Position numbers and translations under genes: made by a program
Notes under the pieces: model-generated
Database searches by the model: none
What the model saw: the letters and a program-made list of their open reading frames with translations, nothing else
What the model was told of the DNA's origin: nothing
Shown: piece after piece, positions 41,066-55,495 of the stretch
Layout of the letters: every line of letters begins with the position of its first letter
Position numbering within the stretch: the stretch's first letter is position 1
From: Eledone cirrhosa
Lineage: Eukaryota
Direction: 5' to 3'
NCBI GenBank assembly: GCA_964016885.1
Contig: CAXHJY010001394.1
Coordinates: forward strand, 1 to 64,000
Length of the DNA stretch: 64,000 nucleotides

Positions 41066-44000
41066 GGCCCTGTGCGTCGATCGTGGGCCGGCCGGATGTT
41101 GACGGATCGATGTGTAATTAGAAGTACATGTGCGGACACTCATTGGCTGTGCGTGGTATGCATTTCAGCAAGATATCTCCGTAACATCAAGAGTTATGGC
41201 TGTGGAGGCACACCTAGTCAAACGTAAACAAGCTCTGGAGCGTATACGCTTCGCGATTTTGTTTACGTTTGACTAGGTGTGCCTCCACAGCCACAACTCT
41301 TGATGTTACGGAGATATCTTGCTGAAATGCATACCACGCACAGCCAATGAGTGTCCGCACATGTACTTCTAATTACACATCGATCCGTCAACATCCGGCC
41401 GGCCCACGATCGACGCACAGGGCCGGATGGCCCGTTTGCAGTGAATTTTCACCGGAATCGATCTGTAATTACTGGTACATGTGCGGACACACATTTGCTG
41501 TGTGTGGTGTGATTTTCACGAAAAACTGCCCATGCTAAATGAGGAAGCTGAAGTCCGCCGGCGAATGGTGTGCTTCGAAGAAAACTAATTCGAAAATGAC
41601 CGTTTGCAGGCGGAGTAACCTTTTCGATCGTGGGCCAGCCGCCCGTGGTGGGATACATCTGTAATTACTGGTACATGTGCGGACACACATTTGCTGTGTG
41701 TGGTGTGATTTTCGAGAAAGACTGCCCATGCTAAATGAGGAAGCTGAAGTCCGCCGGCGAATGGTGTGCTTCGAAGAAAACTAATTCGAAAATGACTATT
41801 TGCCGGCGGAATCACCTTTTCGGTCCTGGTCCGGCCGGATCTTGCCGGATCGATCGGAAATTTGTGGACCATGTTCGGAAGGCCATTGTGCATGTGTGGT
41901 GAAAAAAATTTGTGTCGAAATCTTCTCGGAAAATAACGGATCGCCGGCGGAGATTGCCATTTCGATCGTGGGCCGGCCGGATCTTGTCGGATCGATTCGG
42001 ACATATGTGCATCGTGTTCGCAAGGCCCTTGTCTATGTGTGGTGTGATTTTGATAAAGAAATTCCGAAAAACCCAGTTTTAAATCTGATTTCGCCAAAGA
42101 ATTTTGGCTATCAGATCGGGTTGAAAGGTATGGTTTCAGGTCGATCTGAAAGTCTAAAATGGAATTCACTCGGTTAGCTAACTTTTGATATATCGGAGAT
42201 ATCTTTCTGAAAATCACACCACACACTCCCAATGAGTGTCTGCACATGTACCAGTAATTACAGATGGATCCCACCACGGGCGGCCGGCCCACGATCGAAA
42301 AGGTTACTCCGAAGCACACCATTCGCCGGCGGAATTCATTTAGCATGGGCAGTTTTTCTCGAAAATCACACCACACACAGCCAATGAGGGTCCGCACATG
42401 TACCAGTAATTACAGATGGATCCCACCACGGGCGGCTGGCCCACGATCGAAAAGGTTACTCCGCCTGCAAACGGTCATTTTCGAATTAGTTTTCTTCGAA
42501 GCACACCATTCGCCGGCGGACTTCAGCTTCCTCATTTAGCATGGGCAGTTTTTCTCGAAAATCACACCACACACAGCAAATGTGTGTCCGCACATGTACC
42601 AGTAATTACAGATCGATTCCGGTGAAAATTCACTGAAAACGGGCCATTCTGCCCTGTGCGTCGATCGTGGGCCGGCCGGATGTTGACGGATCGATGTGTA
42701 ATTAGAAGTACATGTGCGGACACTCATTGGCTGTGCGTGGTATGCATTTCAGCAAGATATCTCCGTAACATCAAGAGTTATGGCTGTGGAGGCACACCTA
42801 GTCAAACGTAAACAAGCTCTGGAGCGTATACGCTTCGCGATTTTGTTTACGTTTGACTAGGTGTGCCTCCACAGCCACAACTCTTGATGTTACGGAGATA
42901 TCTTGCTGAAATGCATACCACGCACAGCCAATGAGTGTCCGCACATGTACTTCTAATTACACATCGATCCGTCAACATCCGGCCGGCCCACGATCGACGC
43001 ACAGGGCCGGATGGCCCGTTTGCAGTGAATTTTCACCGGAATCGATCTGTAATTACTGGTACATGTGCGGACACACATTTGCTGTGTGTGGTGTGATTTT
43101 CACGAAAAACTGCCCATGCTAAATGAGGAAGCTGAAGTCCGCCGGCGAATGGTGTGCTTCGAAGAAAACTAATTCGAAAATGACCGTTTGCAGGCGGAGT
43201 AACCTTTTCGATCGTGGGCCAGCCGCCCGTGGTGGGATACATCTGTAATTACTGGTACATGTGCGGACACACATTTGCTGTGTGTGGTGTGATTTTCGAG
43301 AAAGACTGCCCATGCTAAATGAGGAAGCTGAAGTCCGCCGGCGAATGGTGTGCTTCGAAGAAAACTAATTCGAAAATGACTATTTGCCGGCGGAATCACC
43401 TTTTCGGTCCTGGTCCGGCCGGATCTTGCCGGATCGATCGGAAATTTGTGGACCATGTTCGGAAGGCCATTGTGCATGTGTGGTGAAAAAAATTTGTGTC
43501 GAAATCTTCTCGGAAAATAACGGATCGCCGGCGGAGATTGCCATTTCGATCGTGGGCCGGCCGGATCTTGTCGGATCGATTCGGACATATGTGCATCGTG
43601 TTCGCAAGGCCCTTGTCTATGTGTGGTGTGATTTTCATAAAGAAATTCCGAAAAACCCAGTTTTAAATCTGATTTCGCCAAAGAATTTTGGCTATCAGAT
43701 CGGGTTGAAAGGTATGGTTTCAGGTCGATCTGAAAGTCTAAAATGGAATTCACTCGGTTAGCTAACTTTTGATATATCGGAGATATCTTTCTGAAAATCA
43801 CACCACACACTCCCAATGAGTGTCTGCACATGTACCAGTAATTACAGATGGATCCCACCACGGGCGGCTGGCCCACGATCGAAAAGGTTACTCCGCCTGC
43901 AAACGGTCATTTTCGAATTAGTTTTCTTCGAAGCACACCATTCGCCGGCGGACTTCAGCTTCCTCATTTAGCATGGGCAGTTTTTCTCGAAAATCACACC

Positions 44001-47000
44001 ACACACAGCAAATGTGTGTCCGCACATGTACCAGTAATTACAGATCGATTCCGGTGAAAATTCACTGAAAACGGGCCATTCTGCCCTGTGCGTCGATCGT
44101 GGGCCGGCCGGATGTTGACGGATCGATGTGTAATTAGAAGTACATGTGCGGACACTCATTGGCTGTGCGTGGTATGCATTTCAGCAAGATATCTCCGTAA
44201 CATCAAGAGTTATGGCTGTGGAGGCACACCTAGTCAAACGTAAACAAGCTCTGGAGCGTATACGCTTCGCGATTTTGTTTACGTTTGACTAGGTGTGCCT
44301 CCACAGCCACAACTCTTGATGTTACGGAGATATCTTGCTGAAATGCATACCACGCACAGCCAATGAGTGTCCGCACATGTACTTCTAATTACACATCGAT
44401 CCGTCAACATCCGGCCGGCCCACGATCGACGCACAGGGCCGGATGGCCCGTTTGCAGTGAATTTTCACCGGAATCGATCTGTAATTACTGGTACATGTGC
44501 GGACACACATTTGCTGTGTGTGGTGTGATTTTCACGAAAAACTGCCCATGCTAAATGAGGAAGCTGAAGTCCGCCGGCGAATGGTGTGCTTCGAAGAAAA
44601 CTAATTCGAAAATGACCGTTTGCAGGCGGAGTAACCTTTTCGATCGTGGGCCAGCCGCCCGTGGTGGGATACATCTGTAATTACTGGTACATGTGCGGAC
44701 ACACATTTGCTGTGTGTGGTGTGATTTTCGAGAAAGACTGCCCATGCTAAATGAGGAAGCTGAAGTCCGCCGGCGAATGGTGTGCTTCGAAGAAAACTAA
44801 TTCGAAAATGACTATTTGCCGGCGGAATCACCTTTTCGGTCCTGGTCCGGCCGGATCTTGCCGGATCGATCGGAAATTTGTGGACCATGTTCGGAAGGCC
44901 ATTGTGCATGTGTGGTGAAAAAAATTTGTGTCGAAATCTTCTCGGAAAATAACGGATCGCCGGCGGAGATTGCCATTTCGATCGTGGGCCGGCCGGATCT
45001 TGTCGGATCGATTCGGACATATGTGCATCGTGTTCGCAAGGCCCTTGTCTATGTGTGGTGTGATTTTCATAAAGAAATTCCGAAAAACCCAGTTTTAAAT
45101 CTGATTTCGCCAAAGAATTTTGGCTATCAGATCGGGTTGAAAGGTATGGTTTCAGGTCGATCTGAAAGTCTAAAATGGAATTCACTCGGTTAGCTAACTT
45201 TTGATATATCGGAGATATCTTTCTGAAAATCACACCACACACTCCCAATGAGTGTCTGCAAATGTACCAGTAATTACAGATGGATCCCACCACGGGCGGC
45301 CGGCCCACGATCGAAAAGGTTACTCCGAAGCACACCATTCGCCGGCGGAATTCATTTAGCATGGGCAGTTTTTCTCGAAAATCACACCACACACAGCCAA
45401 TGAGTGTCCGCACATGTACCAGTAATTACAGATGGATCCCACCACGGGCGGCTGGCCCACGATCGAAAAGGTTACTCCGCCTGCAAACGGTCATTTTCGA
45501 ATTAGTTTTCTTCGAAGCACACCATTCGCCGGCGGACTTCAGCTTCCTCATTTAGCATGGGCAGTTTTTCTCGAAAATCACACCACACACAGCAAATGTG
45601 TGTCCGCACATGTACCAGTAATTACAGATCGATTCCGGTGAAAATTCACTGAAAACGGGCCATTCTGCCCTGTGCGTCGATCGTGGGCCGGCCGGATGTT
45701 GACGGATCGATGTGTAATTAGAAGTACATGTGCGGACACTCATTGGCTGTGCGTGGTATGCATTTCAGCAAGATATCTCCGTAACATCAAGAGTTATGGC
45801 TGTGGAGGCACACCTAGTCAAACGTAAACAAGCTCTGGAGCGTATACGCTTCGCGATTTTGTTTACGTTTGACTAGGTGTGCCTCCACAGCCACAACTCT
45901 TGATGTTACGGAGATATCTTGCTGAAATGCATACCACGCACAGCCAATGAGTGTCCGCACATGTACTTCTAATTACACATCGATCCGTCAACATCCGGCC
46001 GGCCCACGATCGACGCACAGGGCCGGATGGCCCGTTTTCAGTGAATTTTCACCGGAATCGATCTGTAATTACTGGTACATGTGCGGACACACATTTGCTG
46101 TGTGTGGTGTGATTTTCACGAAAAACTGCCCATGCTAAATGAGGAAGCTGAAGTCCGCCGGCGAATGGTGTGCTTCGAAGAAAACTAATTCGAAAATGAC
46201 CGTTTGCAGGCGGAGTAACCTTTTCGATCGTGGGCCAGCCGCCCGTGGTGGGATACATCTGTAATTACTGGTACATGTGCGGACACACATTTGCTGTGTG
46301 TGGTGTGATTTTCGAGAAAGACTGCCCATGCTAAATGAGGAAGCTGAAGTCCGCCGGCGAATGGTGTGCTTCGAAGAAAACTAATTCGAAAATGACTATT
46401 TGCCGGCGGAATCACCTTTTCGGTCCTGGTCCGGCCGGATCTTGCCGGATCGATCGGAAATTTGTGGACCATGTTCGGAAGGCCATTGTGCATGTGTGGT
46501 GAAAAAAATTTGTGTCGAAATCTTCTCGGAAAATAACGGATCGCCGGCGGAGATTGCCATTTCGATCGTGGGCCGGCCGGATCTTGGCGGATCGATTCGG
46601 ACATATGTGCATCGTGTTCGCAAGGCCCTTGTCTATGTGTGGTGTGATTTTCATAAAGAAATTCCGAAAAACCCAGTTTTAAATCTGATTTCGCCAAAGA
46701 ATTTTGGCTATCAGATCGGGTTGAAAGGTATGGTTTCAGGTCGATCTGAAAGTCTAAAATGGAATTCACTCGGTTAGCTAACTATTGATATATCGGAGAT
46801 ATCTTTCTGAAAATCACACCACACACTCCCAATGAGTGTCTGCACATGTCCCAGTAATTACAGATGGATCCCACCACGGGCGGCCGGCCCACGATCGAAA
46901 AGGTTACTCCGAAGCACACCATTCGCCGGCGGAATTCATTTAGCATGGGCAGTTTTTCTCGAAAATCACACCACACACAGCCAATCAGTGTCCGCACATG

Positions 47001-47185
47001 TACCAGTAATTACAGATGGATCCCACTACGGGCGGCTGGCCCACGATCGAAAAGGTTACTCCGCCTGCAAACGGTCATTTTCGAATTCGTTTTCTTCGAA
47101 GCACACCATTCGCCGGCGGACTTCAGCTGCCTCATTTAGCATGGGCAGCTTTTCTCGAAAATCACACCACACACAGCCAATGAGT
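41066..47185. repeat. 1,584-bp palindromic satellite, ~4 monomers
   Basis: As above. The second monomer lacks one 152-bp subrepeat (~43850). Confidence 0.95.
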
Positions 47186-47260
47186 TTAAAATACTCACCG
47201 TTTGATTTGGAAAAACTTAAAATGCTCACATATATATGTGTATGTATTTATCTATGCATG

Positions 47261-47306
<46 letters not shown>

Positions 47307-49246
47307 TGTATTTATCTATGTATTTATCTATATGCATGGATATATATATATATATATATATTTATCTATGTATTTATCTATATGCATGGATATATATATA
47401 TATATATATATATATGTATTTATCTATGCATGTATGAATATATAAAATATATATATATATATATGTGTGTATGTATTTATCTATGCATGTATGAATATAT
47501 AAAATATATATATATATATATATGTATGTATTTATCTATGCATGTATATATATATAAATATATACATAAATATATATATATATATATGTATTTATCTATG
47601 CATGTGTGCATACATATATATATATATATATGTATTTATCTATACATGTATGTATATATATATATATACATATATAAGTATTTATCTATACATGTATGTA
47701 TATATATATATACATATATATGTATTTATCTATACATGTATGTATATATATATATATATATATATGTATATAAGTATTTATCTATACATGTATGTATATA
47801 TAAAATATTGTCATGTTTACAAAAATATTTTTCTAATATCGTGTTTAATATTTTATATTGTCGTCTGCTTCTCTTCTCACGTGGTTACTAACTCTCTCAC
47901 CCTCTCTCTCTTTCCCCTCTCATACAACCCCTTCTTTCTCTTTCTTTCCCCTCTCACACAACCTCTTCTTTCTCTCTCTTTTTGCCAGTCCCTTCTCTCA
48001 CTCTCTCTCCCTCTTCCTTTTTTTATCTCTTTCTTTCTGTCTCTGTTTCCCTCCTATAGACATTCTCTCTCTCTCTTTCTGCTCTCACTCAGCCTTCTCT
48101 CTCTTTCCCCTCTCACACAGTCTTCTCTCTCTCTCTTTCCCCTCTCACACAGCATTCTCTCTCTCTCTCTCTCTCTTTCCCCTCTCACATAGCATTCTCT
48201 CTCTCTCTCTCTCTTTATTTCCCCTCTCACACAGCCTTCTCTCTCTATCTATCTATCTCTCTCTCTGGAGATTTTTTAACACAAAGTCACACAAGGATTA
48301 GAAAAATGGCGATTATCACTTTGAAAGTAACAATTATGCAATAAATAGTTGTTATTGCCACGTCTCGTATCCTCCTTTGGCAATGTGTAAAATGTTAGCG
48401 AGATCGAGTGAACAATACACAAGTTATAATACTTTACAGACGGGACTTATACAGTAGATGTAGCAAAATGCGTAGATTACGATTCTTGAGACGAGATTAA
48501 AATATACGATTATGGGATACTTTAAGAAGACGAGTAGATGTTTGAGTAGATTTAGCTGCTTTTTCTAGCATTTTTAGTTATACTTTGAAGCAAATTTTTT
48601 TTGTTACTATTATATTAAAAGTTATCTGGTTACGTTATTTGACTGGTATTTCTAGCATTTTACAAGGACCACGTGTGTGTTTTATTTGAGGAAGATCTAG
48701 TTGTTATTTCTGATATTTTCTTCATCAAGTTAGTTGCTATTTCCTGCATCCTCTTGAAGACAAGGAATAATAATGAATTAGCTGCTGTTTCTAGTAGGTT
48801 CTATGGTAGTGGTGAGCGTGGGAGGGAGGTTTGACTGCTATTTTTAGCAGGTTCTAAGGCATTGAGGTTTATGTTTTACGAGAGATTTGGCTGTTATTTC
48901 TAACATGTTATAATGGAGAGAGAGAGAGAGAGTATAAGATATACAGAGAGAGGGAGTATAAGATATAGAGAGAGGGGAAACGGCCGATGTTTACGTTGAG
49001 AAAACCTAATAAAATGTTATAAATGGGTTTATAAAGAATAGAATGAGATAAACAAGACAAAGTTAGATAAAATAAATCAGCTGTAAGGATATTATACGAT
49101 ATATTTATAATATTTTAATATATTTTTCCTGGTCGTCTGCTGCCATTGATAGAGAGAGGAGTGGTGGGAGGTAGCCATAACAACCGTGGTAGCAGCACTG
49201 AGGTTTGTTTTTAAAGAAGTGAATACAAGAAAAACAAGCAACTAAG

Positions 49247-50052
49247 AATATTAATCTCTTAAACCCTTCAAGATGTGTATGACAAGAAAGAAGACGTTTT
49301 AGAGTCGTATGACATAGATGATAACTGGAAATTCTTACGTGACAACTTACTGCAGGCTACTGAAGAAACTTGTGGCTGGAGCAGAGCTCCGACCAGACAG
49401 AGAGTGACCTGGTGGTGGGACAACACGGTAGATAAGGCCATTAGAGACAAAAGACTAGCATGGAACACTTGAAAAAATGGTGGGAGTAGAGACCGATACA
49501 CAGCTGCTAAGAGAGAAGCTAGACGTCAGATGTACTTAGCACGCACGGAGGCTGAGAGTAGGAGGTTTGCCAATGTTCTGTGATGGGAAGATCAGAGGCG
49601 TGCGGTGTTCCACATTGCAAGGCATGGTGTCAGTGTAAATCAGGATGTTGTTGGAGATAAGTGTATCCGGAATGATGCCAGTGTACTTGGTGTCACGAAT
49701 GATCAAAAAAAGGAGGCCTGGAAATATCATTATGAGAGGCTGATGAATTGTGGAGAATGAATGGGAGAGAGGGAAACTATCCCCAGTAGACCCAACAGAG
49801 GGACCAGCTATTGAGATTGGGGAATATAGGGTACAAGAGGCAATTAAGGAAATGAAGAATGGCAAGGCTACTGGACTCTAGGGGATAGTTGCTCAGATGC
49901 TGAAGGCATCAGAAGTAGGCACTAAACTGGTTACACACATCATCAATCAAGCTATATATGGTAGTGTCATACCCAAAGAATGGTGCAGCAGTATTCTCAT
50001 AAATTGGTACAAAGGTAAAGGGGATGCTCTGGAGAGGAGCAATTATATGGGC
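49247..50052 (+). pseudogene. Decayed RTE LINE fragment (unit 4 copy)
   Basis: Copy of 11975-12780. The unit 5 copy starts at ~63828. Confidence 0.85.
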
Positions 50053-51161
50053 ACTTCAATATTTAATGATACAGGTGATAAAACAACAACTATAAGGTAA
50101 ATAAGTCACCTTATGTTATTTACAAACATTAACGTCCACCTTAATATGAAATAATCACCATAAAAGAGGAAGCGAGGGCATCGGCTACCGGCACCCGGGC
50201 TGCTCTCTCATCCTGAGTGGGATCTTCCAGCGTTGATGCATCACCACGTTGATGTAAAACTTGGTTTTTCACTTTGGGATAATACACGTATTTGCAACTT
50301 ATTTATGTTTATTTACGTTGAGCGTAATCGATTTGTTTCCATATCTCCACGCGTTTTATTTCATAGTCATAGTTATAAAATTAGAAAACTTTCTTTAAAA
50401 AAAACAAATTAACGCGGGTAACTACAAGATAACCTTGTTTTGTAATACTGGCAGACATTGAAGATTCTTTATGGATGGTTGATACTCAGCTGCCAGGAAC
50501 ACAGGATGTGGCAGAGGGTATAAGATTTGCCTGCTATTTCTAGCAACTTCAATGACCACATAATTGGTTTGTAATTTTGTTTTAAAGTGTAAGGGTTTAC
50601 ACAGCCATTTATGAATTTCTAAGAGATACGTTTACGATGAGATACACTTATTAAAAATACTTTCATTGCATAGTTCCGTTTGTAAAGGCTTTAATTTACT
50701 GTACTACTCGGGAACCTTTTAATAACACACAGGATTAAGTCCATGTTTGTTCAACCAATTAATGGTATCTGCTGTAGTAGGGGTAACGATGGAAATATGG
50801 CGATGATTAACTCCACCCTGGGGTATAATGTAGAATTCATATTTTTCAACTTGCCCATACGTGTATTATCCCAAAGTGAAAAACCAAGTTTTACATCAAC
50901 GTGGTGATTTCAAAGTTTATTTATTTACACATGGTGGTGGGGGGGGATACGGAAATAAACGAAGGTTGACGAATGACGTCACATTCTTCTACTTTCACTT
51001 CTGACAGCCAATTCCGTTGTAGTGCCATATATAAACATGATGGTCACGGCTGGAACAACTTTAATTATAGGTCTGCTCAATCATACTAACATGGGATTTA
51101 AATTGAGCAAAGTTGGAGTTGTCTCCCTTGGTACTTTACTACGCTACGTTTGTTTATATAT

Positions 51162-54100
51162 ATCATCATCATCATCTTCAACATTATCATTTAACGTTCA
51201 TTGTTATCACACCTGCATGGGTTATACAGGTTGTCACGTTATGAGACATGTCAGGTGTGGAGACCAGGTCTCATATGGATGTGTATTTTGGTTTGGTTTC
51301 TAAGGCTGGATGCCCTTCTTAACACGAAACACGTTACAATGTGGACTGCACACTTTTGTATGACCACCTTACAGGATGAACTGGGTGTTTTTATTGTTGT
51401 AGCATCAACGAGGTGTGTGGGATATTTAGCAGGTGAGGGCAGGGCCTTATGAATAGGAAGGGGTGATGAGAAGATTGGTGAAGACTAGTGTGTTCTCTAC
51501 ATGTTTGTTTTATTTCATTTTCAGCACATGGGAGGGGGGGGGGGTCTTCTACATTACAGCATGACGCCAGAGATCTCGATCCTGTGACATTTCCATTGAG
51601 AGGTTTAATTGGGCAAGGCGAGCTTTTATTATTTCATCCCAAGCTTTCCTAGGTCTTCCCCTTTCATAGTTAACATCGACTTTGACAACCCTGCACCTTG
51701 TTATACAGCTGTCACCTTCCATATACATCACATGTCCAAACCACCACAATCTCCTCTCCTCTACACTGCATCTGACCTCTCTTATACCTAGTTTCTCTCT
51801 CAGTTTATTAATGCTTGTTGTTCATGCACACTATTACACATCTATCAGATCCTGTAAACTTCATTTCTTTCCAGTCTTTATAGGTCCTCTGAATATATTG
51901 CCCTGGTCTCACTTCAATGTAACATTGCTGTTTGTACACAGACTTCATACAATCTGCCTTTCACTTTCAGGGGAAATCATTTTGTAGGCATCAGTAGTAG
52001 TAGCTCCCTAAACTGTTTCCATCCCATTCTCACTCAGGCTACTGTACCTTCAGAACACCCACCTCCACTGTTAATTTGGTTAATTAAGTTAACAGAAATT
52101 ATGAACCGGTTTCTACAGAGCCTTCTGGACATTTAACCCTTTAGCATTTAAACCAGCCATACCTAGCCAGAATACTCTCACATCTTTCTGTTCAAACCAG
52201 CCATAACTGGCCACTCATACTGACGTTAAGGTATTGTTCTCAATATAAATAATATCAAAATCTCATAGATTCGATATTATATGAGATAATTATGTAAGAT
52301 AAAGCCTTTACCACAAAAATACAATAGTATATATAGAGTAATAAAAATGCTAAAGGGTAAAAGTAGCTTATTATTTTGTGAGCTCTTGCTACTTATTGCT
52401 CTTGTGCATCAAGAACATACACAGCTTACATTTTGTTGCTAATCTCACTGAGATCCAACTACATCTCTTGTTTATCCATAGTTTGGAATTTCTACCTACT
52501 CCTTTCCTTTAGAATGATCAAGGCCATTTTCTTGTGGGGATCTAGGCCCTGTTTTCCTTTCTATTTTGCCAAGTTATCTTACATCACTTTCATTCTAGAC
52601 CATGCTTCCAGGTTTGGAATTTCTCCTCTAATTTTACCACAGATTAAGTGACAAGGGTTCAATCATGTGCATACAGGAGTTCCCATGGACAGCCAGTAAT
52701 ATGTAATAGCCTGCAGGATGATAATAAACAGAAGAGGGTTAATTACAGAGCCCTGATAGAGGGTTAATAACAGAGCCCTGATAGACTTGTTCACTCAACT
52801 CCTCACTATAGCCATCATTACTTTTAACCTTACTGACTGCTCCTCCATACATGGCTTTTACTGCTCTCACAAGCCACTCATATACCCCTAGTTTTCTAAG
52901 TTATACACCAGATTATGGAAGGGGGAAGTCTCACAGAAGCTCTCTCTGGGTCAACAAATGCCAAGTAGAGGGGCTTATTTTAGCTAGGTACTACTCTTGC
53001 AGTTGCCACACAAGGAAGAGGACATCAGTGGTACTTTTACCTGGCACAAATCCAAACTTCATCTCATCTAGGTTAACTTGGTCCCTAATCAGCTGTGTTA
53101 TAAATCTAACACCTTCATGAAGTGGTCCATCTAATATTTCTATAGTTTTCTAGCTCTAGTACATCTCCTTTGCCCTTGTAGCAGTTGATGATGATGATAC
53201 TACACCATTTATTTGGTATGACACCATTTTGTATTACATGCTGTACGATACCAGTGGTTAAGATGTGACCCACCACCCCAGATACTTTCAGTATCTCAGC
53301 AACTATCACCAATGGACAAGATACTTTCTCTGTCTTCATATCCTTAATTACCTTACTACACTACTGCTTACTTGTATGGCTGGACCCTCTGTTGGGCCCA
53401 CTTTCCGTAGACTATCTTCCTCCCATGCATTCTCCTCATTCAGTAATCTTTCATAAAGGCATTTCCATGTTACAAAGGTTGGCTGAAAAGTTCATAGACT
53501 ATCAATGATAGCATGATGCTAGAGCTGTGAAATCTTGCCTGCATTAATTTCAACTCTTCTTATTAATAACTGCATTGTTTCCTTCCAGGGACTATGTTGA
53601 AAAATAAACCTCATTTGGTCATTCCATGAGTGTATCTTGGTCTGCCTATGAACTTTTCAGCTGACCCTATTCAGCATCAGTGAGCCCAAATGCCCCATTA
53701 TCATCCTGGACACACTTTACCCCAACATCACAATTTGCCCTCACACACTGCCTCACAATCCTGAACATCTCATGTATTTCATCCTCACATCATAAAACCA
53801 ACTGAAATTATATATTCTCTGCTTCCCTCCTTGCAAAGAATACTTCTTGCCTAGCTTCCTGTAGTGTACCCTCCAGCTGCCTCCATTCTGCCATTATTCC
53901 ATGCCTGTCTCTTGGCCTTAACTGTCTCATCTACCCTAGTGTTTCACCACCAAGATACTCTCCTCTCTGAAGCCCTGCTCCAGCCACAGATCTAGTTTGA
54001 CACCTTCAGCAAAGGTTCTTTAAGGAACTCCCACTGTTCCCCTATATTGTATGTTTCTATTTGTTCTTCCTTACTGTTGTAAAGATCAAACAAAATATCT

Positions 54101-54239
54101 CTAAATTTGGAACTGGCTGAGGGGTCCTTTAACTTCCATATCCTTCTCCTCCAAGTTGCCCTCAGTCTTCAAGTTCATCTAAGTCTATGAAATCACTAAC
54201 TACTGGGTTATGTTGGGAGGTGCATTCTTCCCCAGGGGG
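51162..54239 (-). mobile_element. Decayed RTE LINE (unit 4 copy)
   Basis: Copy of 13889-16965. Confidence 0.85.
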
Positions 54240-55495
54240 TGGGGATTGTGTGTTTACAAATGTCAATATCTCATCTTCTGGTGAGGATAAAAATCTGACT
54301 GGCATGCTCCTCTGACCAATAGGTGTTGAAGTGGTTGTCGGGTAAACGTTAAGACCCTCTGATATACATATATATATATATACTAGCAGTGGTACCCGGC
54401 GTTGCACGGGATAACGTATTTCGGAACGCGGGCCGCCATCTTCCACTTCAGCCGGTCGCCCTAAAGTGTTGGCTATTCAGTCTACTTGAGGCCAGTTGGT
54501 GAGGGGGGGTAAAGCTTTCAGTGTGCTACTACCCTCACGGTCAAATAGAAAGGGAGAGGAAGAAAAGTCAGCGTTAATATCGTGCTACACGTTTGAAAGG
54601 TTGGATGACCTTAGAGTTCACCAGGGTGGGGGGTTCTAAAAGTATCTATCTTGGTATTTTATCTTAGAAGTAATCATTACAGAGTGTACTGGGTGTATTT
54701 TAGTGGGCAGTAATTCCATAAAGAACACAGTATAATCTGTGGACACAAGCCTTGCAGTGTGATTACAGGCAGGTTAATGGGAAAGATAGATTATATATGT
54801 GACATGATGTACATGAGAAGTGAGGACACAGACCACACATGAAATAGATTCCTACAACTGTCAGGGAGGCTCCCTAGAATTACAGATGACATATTTCAAT
54901 ATCTCGGTGATCAAGTTAGCAGTGGAGGAAGAATCTCTAAAAGTGTAATACCCAGGATAAGGACAGGCTGGAAGAAGTTTAGAGTACTGTTCCATCTGTT
55001 GACAACAAAGGGCTTCTCTCTCAGAATGGAGGCTAGACTGCTTGATACTTATGTGTGGTCTGCAATCTACACCCCAGCCATGCCCCTTCCACTACCACTC
55101 CTTAGCTATTTCTCTCCATTAATACTCCTCACATTTCAAGCAGTTTTCTCATCTCAATGAAAGAAAAATATTGGGCTCAAGAGAAGTCTTCAGTTATGCC
55201 ATGGTGTGGCAACCTCCCTAGGGTTGGGCAGAGTGTAAATGAGAGTGAAATTAGGTATGAGAGGGATCATATGCAGTATACAAGAGAGTAGATTACATTG
55301 GTATGGTCATGTGATGGGTATAAAGGATGACAGCTGTATAAAAATGTGCTGGGCAATCAAAGTTGATGGAAGTTATGAAGGCGGAAGACCCAGGATGACC
55401 TGGGATGAGGTGATAAAAGATGACTTTGCACAATTGCAACTCTCAAAGACAATGACACAGGATAGAGATCTTGAGATGTATGCAGCAATACAGAA

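Larger units (their letters stand above)
32738..47183 (+). repeat. Macrosatellite unit 3 (14,446 bp; 4-copy inner satellite, one copy with 152-bp deletion)
   Basis: Inner monomer markers at 41347, 42931, 44363 and 45947 (spacing 1584, 1432, 1584). Confidence 0.95.
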